Shown here one piece after another: positions 35,943-46,500 of a stretch of DNA of 64,000 bases. The first letter of the stretch is position 1. Each line of letters begins with the position of its first letter. Source of the DNA: Stagnimonas sp. (lineage in GTDB: Bacteria > Pseudomonadota > Gammaproteobacteria > Nevskiales > Nevskiaceae). Made by a program: the position numbers and the translations under genes. The stretch covers positions 2,715,113-2,779,112 of the forward strand of contig OZ257257.1 of the NCBI GenBank assembly GCA_965279705.1, given 5' to 3'. The notes under the pieces are model-generated. The model was not told the origin of the DNA and ran no database searches. It was given only the letters and a program-made list of their open reading frames with translations.

Positions 35943-36520
35943 ATTTTCTCGCCCATCTCTGGCTAGCCGAGCAAAGCGACACCTCGATGGCCGGCGCGAT
36001 TCTCGGCGACGTGGTGCGCGGTGCCGATCTCTCGGCTTACCCCGATGAGATCGCTGCCGGCATCCGTCTGCACCGACGGCTCGATGCGTTCACCGATCGC
36101 CATCCGCACATCGTCGCCCTTCGCAACGCGCAAGCCGATGGCGTGCGGCGCTACAGCGGCATCGTGCTCGATCTGGTCGCCGACTATTTGCTGATCGAAG
36201 AGTGGCAGCACTACACCAGCGAGCCGCTGCCCGCGTTCTGCGCACGTGCCGGTGCGGCGATCGAAGCCGCAAGCCCATGGTTTCTGCTGGCCGGCGGCCG
36301 CAGCAGTAGCGCTGATGGCTTTGCCAAGCTGCTGCTTTCCTACGGCACTGCTGCGGGCATCGAGCGCGCCCTGTGGCGTACGGCCCAGCGCCTGCGCCAG
36401 CCGCAGCCGCTGCTCGATGCAGGCCAGCACTGGTCACAGATGGCCGATGCACTGCGCCCGCAGTTGCCCGATTTGCTGCATGACCTGCGTGCCGCTGCAC
36501 TCGCGCCCGTCAACCCTTGA
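35939..36520 (+). CDS. acpH: Acyl carrier protein phosphodiesterase
   Basis: 193 aa from GTG 35939 (GTGA overlap). 'NFLAHLWLA', 'GAILGDVVRG' and 'AAGIRLHRRLDAFTD' match the E. coli AcpH N-terminus ('MNFLAHLHLA...GNLLADFVRG...VAGIHMHRRIDVMTD') and its length. Confidence 0.8.
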   Translation: MNFLAHLWLAEQSDTSMAGAILGDVVRGADLSAYPDEIAAGIRLHRRLDAFTDRHPHIVALRNAQADGVRRYSGIVLDLVADYLLIEEWQHYTSEPLPAFCARAGAAIEAASPWFLLAGGRSSSADGFAKLLLSYGTAAGIERALWRTAQRLRQPQPLLDAGQHWSQMADALRPQLPDLLHDLRAAALAPVNP

Positions 36521-36549
36521 TTCAATCCACCCTGCCCCGGAGCCTCTGC

Positions 36550-37611
36550 GTGAAACTGTTCGACCCCTACCAGCTGCGCGACATCACTTTTCGCAATCGC
36601 ATCGCGGTGTCGCCGATGTGCATGTACTCGGCAGTGGATGGCAGCGTCACGCCCTGGCATCTGGTGCATCTTGGTAGCCGCGCCGTTGGTGGTGCGGGGC
36701 TGGTGATTGCCGAAGCGAGTGCCGTCAGCGCCGAAGGCCGCATTTCACCCAGTGATGCCGGCATGTATCGCGACGAGCACATCGAGGCCTGGTCGCCGGT
36801 CGCAGTCTTTATGCGCGAAGCCGGTGCCGTGCCCGCCATCCAGCTCGCCCATGCCGGCCGCAAGGCCAGCACCGACTTGCCATGGCAGGGCGGCAAACCA
36901 GTCACGCCCGCCGAGGGCGGCTGGCAGCCGCTGCTCGCGCCGAGCGCCATTGCCTTCGATGACAAATCTGCCACGCCGGAAGCGCTCGACAGCCAGGGCA
37001 TCGCCAAAGTCATCGCCGACTTTCGCAGCGCTGCACAGCGCTCGCTGGCGGCTGGGTTTCAGGTCGTCGAGTTGCACGCCGCACATGGCTATCTGCTGCA
37101 CGCCTTTCTGTCGCCACTGAGCAATCAGCGCACCGATGCCTACGGCGGCAGCTTTGACAACCGCACCCGCTTGCTACGTGAAGTGGTCGCGGCCGTGCGC
37201 GAAGTCTGGCCCGAGCGGCTGCCGCTGTTCGTGCGCCTCTCTGGCACCGACTGGGCCGAGGGCGGTTGGGATATCGAGCAGAGCATCGCCCTCGCCCGTC
37301 AGCTCAAGCCGCTGGGTGTGGATCTGATTGATGTCTCCTCCGCCGGCTCGCTGCCGCGCGTCGCGCTGCCGTACGGGCCGGGCTTTCAGGTGCCTCTGGC
37401 GCGCCGCATTCGCCACGAGGCGGGCATTGCCACCGCCGCCGTTGGTGCCATCACCGACCCGATGCAGGCCGAGCAGATCGTGCATACCGGCGATGCCGAT
37501 CTGGTGCTGCTGGCGCGCGAGATGCTGCGTGACCCGTACTGGCCGCTGCATGCGGCCCGCGCGCTCAAGGCCGAGATCACCGCGCCGCTGCAGTACCAGC
37601 GTGCCTGGTAG
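36550..37611 (+). CDS. NADPH dehydrogenase / NADH:flavin oxidoreductase (YqjM-type old yellow enzyme)
   Basis: 'KLFDPYQLRDITFRNRIAVSPMCMYS' matches the YqjM N-terminus, and 'VELHAAHGYLLHAFLSP' is present. A GTG at 36550 after GGAG is preferred over the TTG at 36517. Confidence 0.85.
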   Translation: MKLFDPYQLRDITFRNRIAVSPMCMYSAVDGSVTPWHLVHLGSRAVGGAGLVIAEASAVSAEGRISPSDAGMYRDEHIEAWSPVAVFMREAGAVPAIQLAHAGRKASTDLPWQGGKPVTPAEGGWQPLLAPSAIAFDDKSATPEALDSQGIAKVIADFRSAAQRSLAAGFQVVELHAAHGYLLHAFLSPLSNQRTDAYGGSFDNRTRLLREVVAAVREVWPERLPLFVRLSGTDWAEGGWDIEQSIALARQLKPLGVDLIDVSSAGSLPRVALPYGPGFQVPLARRIRHEAGIATAAVGAITDPMQAEQIVHTGDADLVLLAREMLRDPYWPLHAARALKAEITAPLQYQRAW

Positions 37612-37708
37612 TGGTTAAGCACAGCGATCTCGTCAAATCGGACGAAGCCCGGCGAGGGCCGGCTGCCTAAGCTGGCGGCTGTCCCTTTCACACTACCGTG
37701 CCCCTCCC

Positions 37709-38917
37709 ATGACCATCATGTCCAGCGCCGAGCGCCCCAGTGTTCTGCAGGCGTTTTCAGGCCTCTCCAACGACGAGATCGAAGTGCTTGGCAACGCCGA
37801 CCGCTTCGCCCAGAACGAGCTGTATCCGCTGTCGCAGAAAATGGACGACGAGGAATGGTGGCCGAAAGACATCTTTCCCAAGATTGGCGCCACCGGCTAC
37901 TTCGGCGTCACCGCGCCCGAGCAGTACGGCGGCTCCGGCATGGACGTGTTCACTTCGGGCCTGATCCTGCAAGGCTTCAGCCGCTGGAACCACGCGCTGG
38001 CACTCAGCTGGGTTGCGCACGAGAATCTCTGCCTGCACAACATTCTCCGTAACGCCAACGAAGCGCAGAAACAGAAATATCTGCCCGACATGTGCAAGGG
38101 CACTTCGATCGGTGCACTGGGCTTGACCGAGCCGGGTGCGGGCTCTGATGCGCTGGGCGCGATGCGCACCACGGCGCGGCGCGAGGGCGGCCACTATGTG
38201 TTGAACGGCAGCAAGCTCTACATCACCAATGGCCCGGTGGCCGACGTGCTGCTGGTCTACGCCAAGACCGACAAGGACAAGGGCCCCAAGGGCATCTCGG
38301 CCTTCATCGTCGAAAAGGATTTTCCTGGCTTCAAGGTGGCGCAGAAGCTGACCAAGATGGGCTTTCGTGGCAGCCAGACCGCCGAGCTGGTGTTCGAGGA
38401 GTGCAAGGTGCCGGTCGAGAATCTCGTCGGCATCGAGAACAACGGCGTGAAGGTGGTGATGTCCGGCCTTGATCTCGAGCGCGCGATGATCTCGCCGATC
38501 TGCCTTGGCATTGCCGAGCGCGCATTTCAGCTGGCCCTCGACTACGCCAAGCAGCGCAAGCAATTCGGCCGGCCGATCAGCGACTTCCAGATGATTCAGG
38601 CCAAGCTCGCCGATATGTACACCTGGGTCGAGTCGATGCGCCTGTTCACCTATCAGACGCTACGTGCGGCCAACGTGATCGGCGAAGACGATGGCGGCCG
38701 CGGCGAGATTCACAAGCTCACCGCCGCCGGCGTGCTGTATGTGGCCGAGACCATGAACAAGGTGCTCAACGATGCCGTGCAGGTGCATGGCGGCACGGGT
38801 TACATCTGGGAGAGCGAGATCAATCGCCTCTATCGTTCGATCAAGCTTTTGGAGATCGGCGCCGGCACCAGCGAAGTGCGCAAGATGATCATCGCCAAGG
38901 AACTGCTCAGCGCCTGA
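37709..38917 (+). CDS. Acyl-CoA dehydrogenase (isovaleryl-CoA dehydrogenase-like)
   Basis: 402 aa. 'GALGLTEPGAGSD', 'YITNGPVADV' and 'QVHGGTGYIWESEINRLYR'. Confidence 0.85.
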   Translation: MTIMSSAERPSVLQAFSGLSNDEIEVLGNADRFAQNELYPLSQKMDDEEWWPKDIFPKIGATGYFGVTAPEQYGGSGMDVFTSGLILQGFSRWNHALALSWVAHENLCLHNILRNANEAQKQKYLPDMCKGTSIGALGLTEPGAGSDALGAMRTTARREGGHYVLNGSKLYITNGPVADVLLVYAKTDKDKGPKGISAFIVEKDFPGFKVAQKLTKMGFRGSQTAELVFEECKVPVENLVGIENNGVKVVMSGLDLERAMISPICLGIAERAFQLALDYAKQRKQFGRPISDFQMIQAKLADMYTWVESMRLFTYQTLRAANVIGEDDGGRGEIHKLTAAGVLYVAETMNKVLNDAVQVHGGTGYIWESEINRLYRSIKLLEIGAGTSEVRKMIIAKELLSA

Positions 38918-38920
38918 GCC

Positions 38921-39775
38921 ATGAGTACCGACGTCGCCACGCTGAACTCGCCCGAACATCTCTGGACTACCGAAACCGTTTACCGCAGCGATTTGTTCGC
39001 GGGCAAGGTGGCGCTGGTCTCTGGCGCGGGCAGCGGCATCGGCCGCGCCTGTGCCCTTCTGTTCGCAAGACTCGGCGCCAAGCTGGTGATCTGCGGTCGT
39101 ACGCCGGCCAAGCTCGAGGTCGTCGCCGACTTCATCCGCGCCAAGGGTGGCGAGGTGCTGGTGGTGCCCACCAATGTGCGCGAGCCCGAACAGGTGGATG
39201 CCTTGTTCGTCGCCGCACAGGCGCATTACGGCCGCATCGACTACACCGTCAACAATGCCGGTGGGCAGTTTCCGCAGGCGGCGATCGACTTCGCACCCAA
39301 GGGCTGGAACGCGGTCATCAACAACAACCTCAACGGCACCTGGCTGATGATGCAGCGCGCTGCCCAGCACTGGCGCGACCAGAAGCTGCCGGGCTCCATC
39401 GTCAACATCGTGGTGGTGGTCGATCGAGGCATGCCTGGCGTGGCACACACGGTAGCGGCACGCGCCGGTGTGATTGGTGTGAGCAGCACCGTGGCAATCG
39501 AGTGGGCGCCGCTCGGCATCCGCGTCAATTGCGTCGCACCGGGGCTCACAGCCACCGAGGGGCTGGAGGTGTATCCACCCGAGGCGCAGAAGGAGTTTCC
39601 GCTCGCCAACCCTATGAAGCGGCCGGGCACGCCGATGGAGATTGCCGAAGCCTGCGTGTATCTCAGTGCTTCATCCGGCAGCTTCATCAACGGCGAGGTG
39701 CTCACCGTCGATGGCGGCGGCAAGCTGTGGGGCGAGTTGTGGACGGCAGGGCGGCCGGACTACTTCAAGCTGTAG
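38921..39775 (+). CDS. SDR family oxidoreductase (enoyl/dienoyl-CoA reductase-like)
   Basis: 284 aa. 'VALVSGAGSGIGRA', 'NNAGG' and a glycine-rich C-terminal 'VLTVDGGG'. Confidence 0.8.
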   Translation: MSTDVATLNSPEHLWTTETVYRSDLFAGKVALVSGAGSGIGRACALLFARLGAKLVICGRTPAKLEVVADFIRAKGGEVLVVPTNVREPEQVDALFVAAQAHYGRIDYTVNNAGGQFPQAAIDFAPKGWNAVINNNLNGTWLMMQRAAQHWRDQKLPGSIVNIVVVVDRGMPGVAHTVAARAGVIGVSSTVAIEWAPLGIRVNCVAPGLTATEGLEVYPPEAQKEFPLANPMKRPGTPMEIAEACVYLSASSGSFINGEVLTVDGGGKLWGELWTAGRPDYFKL

Positions 39776-39797
39776 CGCGCACTCGTTTTACCGGGGC

Positions 39798-40535
39798 TCA
39801 GTTGGCGCAATCGCCGCTGCACAGCTCAGGAAACACTTCATTGCTGATGCGTTCGATGAGGGCATCCAGTGCCGCGTCATCGGCTAGATCTGCCAGAGGC
39901 TTCCAGCCATAGCCATTGAGCATGGTTTGCAGGTGCCGGCACAGCAAACGATAGGGATTGCTGACGTTGAAATCTTCCATCACGCCCTCGGCATGCACCA
40001 GATTGTGGGTGCCGATGGCGAGCGACCACAGCCCGATCGAAACCTGCTCGGGCGTCAGACCGTGCAACTGCAATTTCTTGCTGGCGACCGCATCGTTGAT
40101 GATGCCGGTGACGATCTCGCCAATGGGGTCGTTGGCATCAATCAGCGCCTGACGACGCTCGGCTGAGGCCGCACCCCAGACCACCTCGGTGAACACGTAC
40201 TGGCCGATGCGAAAGTGCTCGGGATGGCGACGTACGAACAGCATGTCGGCCACGCCAATCGCAAACATGCGATCCCTTGGCGAGGCCTGCCAGCGCGCCA
40301 CCCGCTGAAACAGCTCGACGTGGATGCGCGCATCTTCAACCGTCAACGCCAGCAGCAGGTCTTCCTTGGAGGCGAAGTGCAGATACAAGGTGCCTACGGC
40401 GTACTCGGCGCGCTCGGCGATGCGCGTCATCTGCAGGCTCAGAAGGCCGGTCTCGTGGATCAGCTCGCGCGCCGCCACGAGGAAGCGCTGTTCACGCTCC
40501 GCGAATTGTCGCTGCCGTCTTTCTTTGGTTCCCAC
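39798..40535 (-). CDS. TetR family transcriptional regulator
   Basis: 245 aa. HTH 'LVAARELIHETGLLSLQMTRIAERAEYAVGTLYLHFASKEDLL'. Divergent from the RND efflux operon. Confidence 0.9.
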   Translation of the reverse strand: MGTKERRQRQFAEREQRFLVAARELIHETGLLSLQMTRIAERAEYAVGTLYLHFASKEDLLLALTVEDARIHVELFQRVARWQASPRDRMFAIGVADMLFVRRHPEHFRIGQYVFTEVVWGAASAERRQALIDANDPIGEIVTGIINDAVASKKLQLHGLTPEQVSIGLWSLAIGTHNLVHAEGVMEDFNVSNPYRLLCRHLQTMLNGYGWKPLADLADDAALDALIERISNEVFPELCSGDCAN

Positions 40536-40590
40536 AGGATTTCGTGCTGATCCAACTGTCGTGATGCGTTGTAATAAAAGAATTCGGTTT

Positions 40591-40616
40591 CAATCTTGAA
40601 TTAGATTCACAGATTG
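40591..40616. promoter_or_regulatory. Imperfect 26-bp palindrome CAATCTTGAAT-TAG-ATTCACAGATTG, candidate TetR operator
   Basis: Located in the only AT-rich stretch of the TetR/OMF divergent intergenic region. Inner arms TGAAT/ATTCA and outer arms CAATCT/AGATTG are perfect, with a 1-nt bulge between them. Confidence 0.45.
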
Positions 40617-40681
40617 GTCAATAATGCCTTCATTCGAGATTCCCCAAGCCGCCCAAAATCGGCTCCAAGCCCGAGACACCC

Positions 40682-42193
40682 ATGCGCCTGGCCCCATCAA
40701 AAACTGCTTTCAATCCCAACGCCGCTGCGCCCCTGCTGCTCGCGCTGGCCGTTTCGGGATGCGTGCTCGGCCCGGACTACAAAGCTTCGCAAACGCCGGT
40801 CGGCGACCGTTACGGCGCACAGCCCACTCCGGCTCAAACGGTCGCCACACCCGTTGCAGGCGGTGAAGCACAGAGGTTTCTCGCCGGCCGCGACGTGCCA
40901 CAGCAGTGGTGGACGCTGTTCGGCTCCGACAAGCTCAACGCCATGGTCCAGCAGGCGCTGGTCGCCAGCCCCAGCGTGCTATCGGCGCAGGCCGCACTGC
41001 GGCAGGCCCAGGCCACACTCAAGGCACGCGGCGCTGATCTGTATCCCACCGTCGATGCCAACGCCGGCGGGACCCGTCAGAAGACTGATAGCCGCAGCTT
41101 CGGCAACCCCAATGGCAGCAGCAGCATCTACAACCTCTACAACGCCTCGGTCGATGTCTCTTACGGTATCGACCTGTTCGGCGGCACCCAGCGCGGTATC
41201 GAGGCCGCAGTGGCGCAAGCCGAATTTCAGCGTTTTCAGAGCGAGGCCGCCTACCAGACGCTGATCGCCAACGTCGTGACCGCCGCCGTGCAGGAAGCAC
41301 AGCTGCGTGCACTCATTCAAGGCCAGGATGCGATCCTCGCCGACCAGGGCAAAACGCTGGCACTGACGCGTGCGCAGTTCGAGCTGGGTGCGATCAGCAA
41401 GTCGGATGTGCTGGTGGCGCAATCGTCATTGGCGGCCGAGCGCGCCAAGCTGCCGCCGCTGCAATTGCAGCTCTCGCAGGTGCAAAACCAGCTGGCGGTG
41501 TATCTCGGCAAGCTACCCAGCGAGCAAGTGGCCAGTAATTTCGAGCTCAACGAGCTGATGCTGCCGAAGGATCTGCCGGTGACGCTGCCCTCGACCCTGG
41601 TGCGCCAGCGGCCGGACGTGCTCGCCGCTGAAGCCTCGCTGCGCACGGCCTCGGCCAATGTCGGTGTGGCAGAGGCAGATCGCTTTCCCAAGCTGGCGCT
41701 GTCGGCCAGCTATGGCACACAGTCATCGAAGGTCGGCGATCTGTTCAGTGCTGACGTCTGGAGCCTCGGTGCGAACCTGACTGCGCCCATTTTCAACGCC
41801 GGCTCGCTGAGTGCCTTGCTGGGCGGTGCGAAGGCGGCTTACGAGCAGTCGGCGGCGGACTATCAGCTCACCGTGCTCAATGCCTTCCGCAACGTGGCCG
41901 ATGCCCTGCGCCAGATCGAAACCGATGCCGAACGGCTGAATGCCGAGAACGATTCAGCCATCGCAGCAGCCGAAGCGCTGAAACTGGCCCGGCTGCAATA
42001 CCAGTTGGGTGCGGCCAGCTATCTCACGCTGCTCACCGCGCAGCAACAGGACATTCAGGCACGGACCGGGCTGATCCAGGCCCAGGCCGCTCGCCTCCAA
42101 GACACCGTCGCGTTGTTCCAGGCGCTGGGCGGCGGCTGGAACACCGCCGAAGCCGGTGCACCGCAGGCCGTCTCGACCACCGCGACGCCGTAA
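40682..42193 (+). CDS. RND efflux outer-membrane factor lipoprotein (NodT/OprM family)
   Basis: 503 aa. Lipobox 'LALAVSGC' and two TolC-like repeat halves. Confidence 0.85.
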   Translation: MRLAPSKTAFNPNAAAPLLLALAVSGCVLGPDYKASQTPVGDRYGAQPTPAQTVATPVAGGEAQRFLAGRDVPQQWWTLFGSDKLNAMVQQALVASPSVLSAQAALRQAQATLKARGADLYPTVDANAGGTRQKTDSRSFGNPNGSSSIYNLYNASVDVSYGIDLFGGTQRGIEAAVAQAEFQRFQSEAAYQTLIANVVTAAVQEAQLRALIQGQDAILADQGKTLALTRAQFELGAISKSDVLVAQSSLAAERAKLPPLQLQLSQVQNQLAVYLGKLPSEQVASNFELNELMLPKDLPVTLPSTLVRQRPDVLAAEASLRTASANVGVAEADRFPKLALSASYGTQSSKVGDLFSADVWSLGANLTAPIFNAGSLSALLGGAKAAYEQSAADYQLTVLNAFRNVADALRQIETDAERLNAENDSAIAAAEALKLARLQYQLGAASYLTLLTAQQQDIQARTGLIQAQAARLQDTVALFQALGGGWNTAEAGAPQAVSTTATP

Positions 42194-42253
42194 AGACGCT
42201 CCGCCGCATTTTTTCCATCCCTTCAAACTCTCTTCCTACCCAAGCATCCCGCC

Positions 42254-43564
42254 ATGCAAACCTTCGACCAAAAAAAGAAAGCCCGTGGCATCAAACCCTG
42301 GTTGCTGATGATCGGCCTCGTCGTGCTGCTGCTGCTGCTGATCGGCGGCATCAAGGCCTACAGCACCAAGAAGATGATCGATGGCTTCGCGGCGCAGGGC
42401 GAGCCGAAGTCGACCGTGTCGACCGTCAAGGTGGCCTACGACCAATGGCAGCCAACGCTGGCCGCCGTCGGTTCGCTGCGCGCCGTGCGTGGGGTCGATC
42501 TCGCCGCCGAGGTCTCGGGTCTGGTCGATTCAGTGGCGCTGCGCTCGGGTGCTGAAGTGCAACAGGGAACAGTCTTGTTACAGATGGTGGTGGATTCGGA
42601 CCTCGCCCGGCTGCGTGCCCTGCAGGCCGACGCTGAGCTGGCCCGCAGCACTTCGCAGCGCGCGCAAAAGCAGCTCGAAGCCGAGGCCATCAGCCAGGCG
42701 CAGGCCGACTCTGAAATCGCGAAGCTCAAGGGTGCAGAGGCTGCCGTGGCTGAGCAGCAGGCGCTGATCCGCAAGAAGGCGATTCGCGCACCGTTCTCCG
42801 GCCGGCTGGGCATCAGCACGGTCAATCCGGGCCAGTATCTGAACCCCGGCGACAAGCTGGTGAGCTTGCAGCAGCTCGACCCGATCTACGTCGATTTCAC
42901 GGTGCCGCAATCGGCACTGGCGCAGATCAAGAATGATCTCGAAGTGACCGCCACCACCGACAGCTTCCCGGGTGAGAACTTCCGCGGCAGCATCAGCGCG
43001 ATCAACCCGGTGGTGGATACCAGCACCCGCAACGTCAAGGTGCAGGCGACCATCAAGAACCCCGATCGCAAGTTGCTGCCCGGCATGTTCACCAACCTGG
43101 TGGTGGCCACCGGTGCCTCCAACCGCTACCTGACGTTGCCCGCCAACGCGGTGGCCTTCAACCCCTACGGCGAGACCGTGTTCATCGTCGTCAAGCGCGG
43201 TGAAGAGAACGCGACCGACCCGAACGAGCCGGCTGATCTCAAGCAGACCGTCGCTCTGAAGAAGGCCGATGCCGAATTGAAGGCAGCCGACGAGGCCGCC
43301 GCCAAGAAAGACAAGGAGGGCGAGCCCGCGAAGCCCGCAGCACCGGCGGCCACCGAAGGCCAGGCGCCGCAGCTGGTGGCCCGACAGCTGTTCATCAAAA
43401 CCGGCCCGACCCGCGGCGACCAGGTGGCGGTACTGAGCGGCCTGAAGGAGGGCGACGAGGTCGTCACCAGCGGCCAGATCAAGCTCAAGAACGGCACGCT
43501 GATTGTCATCAACAACGAGCTACAGCCCTCCAGCAATCCGGACCCGCGTCCGGTCGACGAGTAA
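42254..43564 (+). CDS. RND efflux periplasmic adaptor (membrane fusion protein)
   Basis: 436 aa. N-terminal TM anchor, coiled-coil hairpin ('ARLRALQADAELARSTSQRAQKQLEAEAISQAQ') and a beta-barrel/MP domain ending 'GLKEGDEVVTSGQ'. Confidence 0.85.
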   Translation: MQTFDQKKKARGIKPWLLMIGLVVLLLLLIGGIKAYSTKKMIDGFAAQGEPKSTVSTVKVAYDQWQPTLAAVGSLRAVRGVDLAAEVSGLVDSVALRSGAEVQQGTVLLQMVVDSDLARLRALQADAELARSTSQRAQKQLEAEAISQAQADSEIAKLKGAEAAVAEQQALIRKKAIRAPFSGRLGISTVNPGQYLNPGDKLVSLQQLDPIYVDFTVPQSALAQIKNDLEVTATTDSFPGENFRGSISAINPVVDTSTRNVKVQATIKNPDRKLLPGMFTNLVVATGASNRYLTLPANAVAFNPYGETVFIVVKRGEENATDPNEPADLKQTVALKKADAELKAADEAAAKKDKEGEPAKPAAPAATEGQAPQLVARQLFIKTGPTRGDQVAVLSGLKEGDEVVTSGQIKLKNGTLIVINNELQPSSNPDPRPVDE

Positions 43565-43589
43565 AGCGCTCGCGCTTGAGAACAGCCCC

Positions 43590-46500
43590 ATGAACTTCAC
43601 AGATACCTTCATCAAGAAACCCGTGCTGGCCCTCGTGGTCAGCGCGCTGATTCTCGTGCTCGGCCTGCGCGCCGTGTTCCAGCTGCCGGTGCGCCAGTAC
43701 CCGGAGTCGCAGATCGCCGCGGTGACCGTCACCACGACCTACTTCGGTGCCGATTCCGACGTCATCGCCGGCTTCATCACCGCGCCGCTGGAGGCCGCGA
43801 TCGCCCAGGCGCAGGGTATCGACTACATCTTCTCAACCTCGCTCAACGGCGCCAGCGTCATCACGGTCAACTTGAGACTCAACTACGACGCCACCAAGGC
43901 CCTGGCCGAGATCAGCGCGCAGGTGAACTCGGTGTTGAACCAGCTGCCAGAGGGTGCGCAGCAGCCGAGCCTGAAAATCTCCACCGGCGAGAGCACGGCC
44001 TCGATGTATCTGGGCTTCACCAGCGACCAGCTGGCGGCAAACCAGATCACCGACTACCTGCTGCGTGTGGTGCAGCCCAAGCTGCAGGGCATCGCCGGCG
44101 TGCAGAACGCCGAAATTTTCGGCGCCCGGCAGTTCGCGTTGCGCGTGTGGATGGACCCGCAGCGGCTCGCCGCCTACGGGCTCACTGCGGCGGATGTCTA
44201 CACCGCGCTCGGCAACAACAACTACATTTCGGCCATCGGCTCGACCAGGGGCGAGATGGTGACGGTGGATCTCACCGCGCGCACCGATCTGCACTCGCTG
44301 GAAGAGTTCCGCCAGTTGGTGGTGAAGACCAACGAGGGCGGCATCGTGCGGCTCGCCGACATCGCCAACGTCACGCTGGGTGCCGAGCAGTACGACTTCA
44401 ATGCCCGCTCGGATGGCCGCCGCGCCTTGTTCATCGGCGTGCGCGTGGCACCCGATGCCAACGTGCTAACCGTGATCGGCGCGGTGCGCGATGCCTTCCC
44501 CGGCATCGTGGCACAGCTGCCCAAGGGCCTGACCGGCGAGATTGACTACGACGCCACCGACTACATCCGCAGCGCCATCAGCGAGGTGCAGACCACCCTG
44601 CTCGAAGCGCTGTTCATCGTCTCGGCGGTGATCTTCCTGTTTCTCGGCTCGCCACGGTCGGTACTGATCCCGGCAGTGGCGATCCCGCTGTCGCTGATCG
44701 GCGGCTTCATCTTCATGCTGGCGCTGGGCTACTCGATCAACCTCTTGACCCTGCTGGCGCTGGTGCTGGCCATCGGTCTGGTGGTGGACGACGCAATCAT
44801 CGTCGTCGAGAACGTCGACCGACATATGAAAGACGGCATGACGCCACTGCAGGCGGCCTTGCAGGGCGCGCGCGAGCTGGCGGGGCCGATCATCGCGATG
44901 ACGGTCGTGCTGATCGCGGTCTACGTGCCGATCGGCTTCCAGGGTGGCCTCACCGGCACGCTGTTCTCCGAGTTCGCGTTCACGCTGGTGGGCGCGGTGG
45001 TGATCTCCGCAGTGGTCGCATTGACGTTGTCGCCGATGATGGCGGCGTACTTCCTGAAGCCGGGCGAGCATGAGGGCAACCGCTTCATGCAGATCATCGA
45101 CCGCAACTTCGAGTGGACGCGTGCGAAGTACGAGGGCCTGCTCGGCAGTGCGCTCGGCAGCTGGAAGACCGTGGTCGCGTTCGGCTTCGTCATCTTCGCG
45201 CTGATCGGCGTCATGCTGGCCCTGCCCTCCTTCATCGGTTTCAAGAAGGAACTCGCACCGCAGGAAGATCAGGGCTTCGTGATCGGCTTCGGCTACGCAA
45301 TGCCGAATGCCTCGGTGGACCAGATGGGCGTCTACTCGCGGAAGATGTTCGAGTTCGTCAAGAACACGCCCGAGGTCGAACAGGCCTTCACGCTCGACGG
45401 TATCAGCACGCCCAACACCACGCTCACCGGCATGATCCTGAAGCCCTGGGCCGAGCGCTCGCGCAGCAGCTTCACCTTGCAGAAAGACCTGCAGGAGAAG
45501 TTCAACACCATTTCCGGTGCGACCATCTACGCCTCGCAGCCGTCGCCCCTGCCGACCAGCAGCGGTGGTGCAAACACCTCGGTGGTGTTCGTGATCGGCA
45601 CCACGGACTCTTTCGTGAACCTCGACGAAGTCGCCAGCGACATGCTCGCGGAGGCACAGAAGAGCGGCAAGTTCTACTACATCGACACTGATCTCAAGCT
45701 CAACAAGCCGCAGGTCTCCGTGCATGTCGATCGCGACAAGGCGGCGGCCATGGGGCTTTCGATGCGCGACATCGGCTCCTCGCTCGGCGCGATGCTGGGC
45801 GGCGGTTACGTCAACTACTTCAGCATTGCCGGCCGCTCCTACAAGGTGATCCCGCAGGCGCAGCAGGTCAGCAGGCTTACCTCCGACCAGCTCAGCAATT
45901 ACTACATCCGCGCGGCCAGCGGCGACGTGGTGCCAGCCTCGACGGTGGTGACGCTGAAGACCGAGGCGATACCCACCCGCATCAGCCGCTTTCAGCAGCT
46001 CAATGCGGCAACCTTCAGCGGCGTGCCCTCGGGCACGCTGGGCGATGCGCTCGACTACCTGAAGAAGCTCGCCGATCGCAAGATGCCGGCCGGCTATACG
46101 GTGGATTACGGCGGCGAGTCGCGGCAGTTCGTGCAGGAGACCTCGGCCTTCGCGCTGACGATGGGCATGGCGCTGGTGATCATCTTCCTGACGCTGGCCG
46201 CACAGTTCGAGAGCTTCCGCGACCCCCTGATCGTGCTCACCTCGGTGCCGATGGCCATCTTCGGCGCGCTGGTCTGCATCTTCCTGGGTGTGATGGACTC
46301 GACCATCAACATCTATACCCAGGTGGGGCTGGTGACGCTGGTTGGCTTGATCGCCAAGCACGGTATTTTGATCGTGCAGTTCGCCAACGACGAGCAGAAG
46401 GCGGGCAAGAACAAGCTGGAGGCAATCATGGCCGCTGCCGGCGTGCGTCTGCGGCCGATTTTGATGACCACCGCGGCGATGGTGCTGGGCGTGATGCCGC

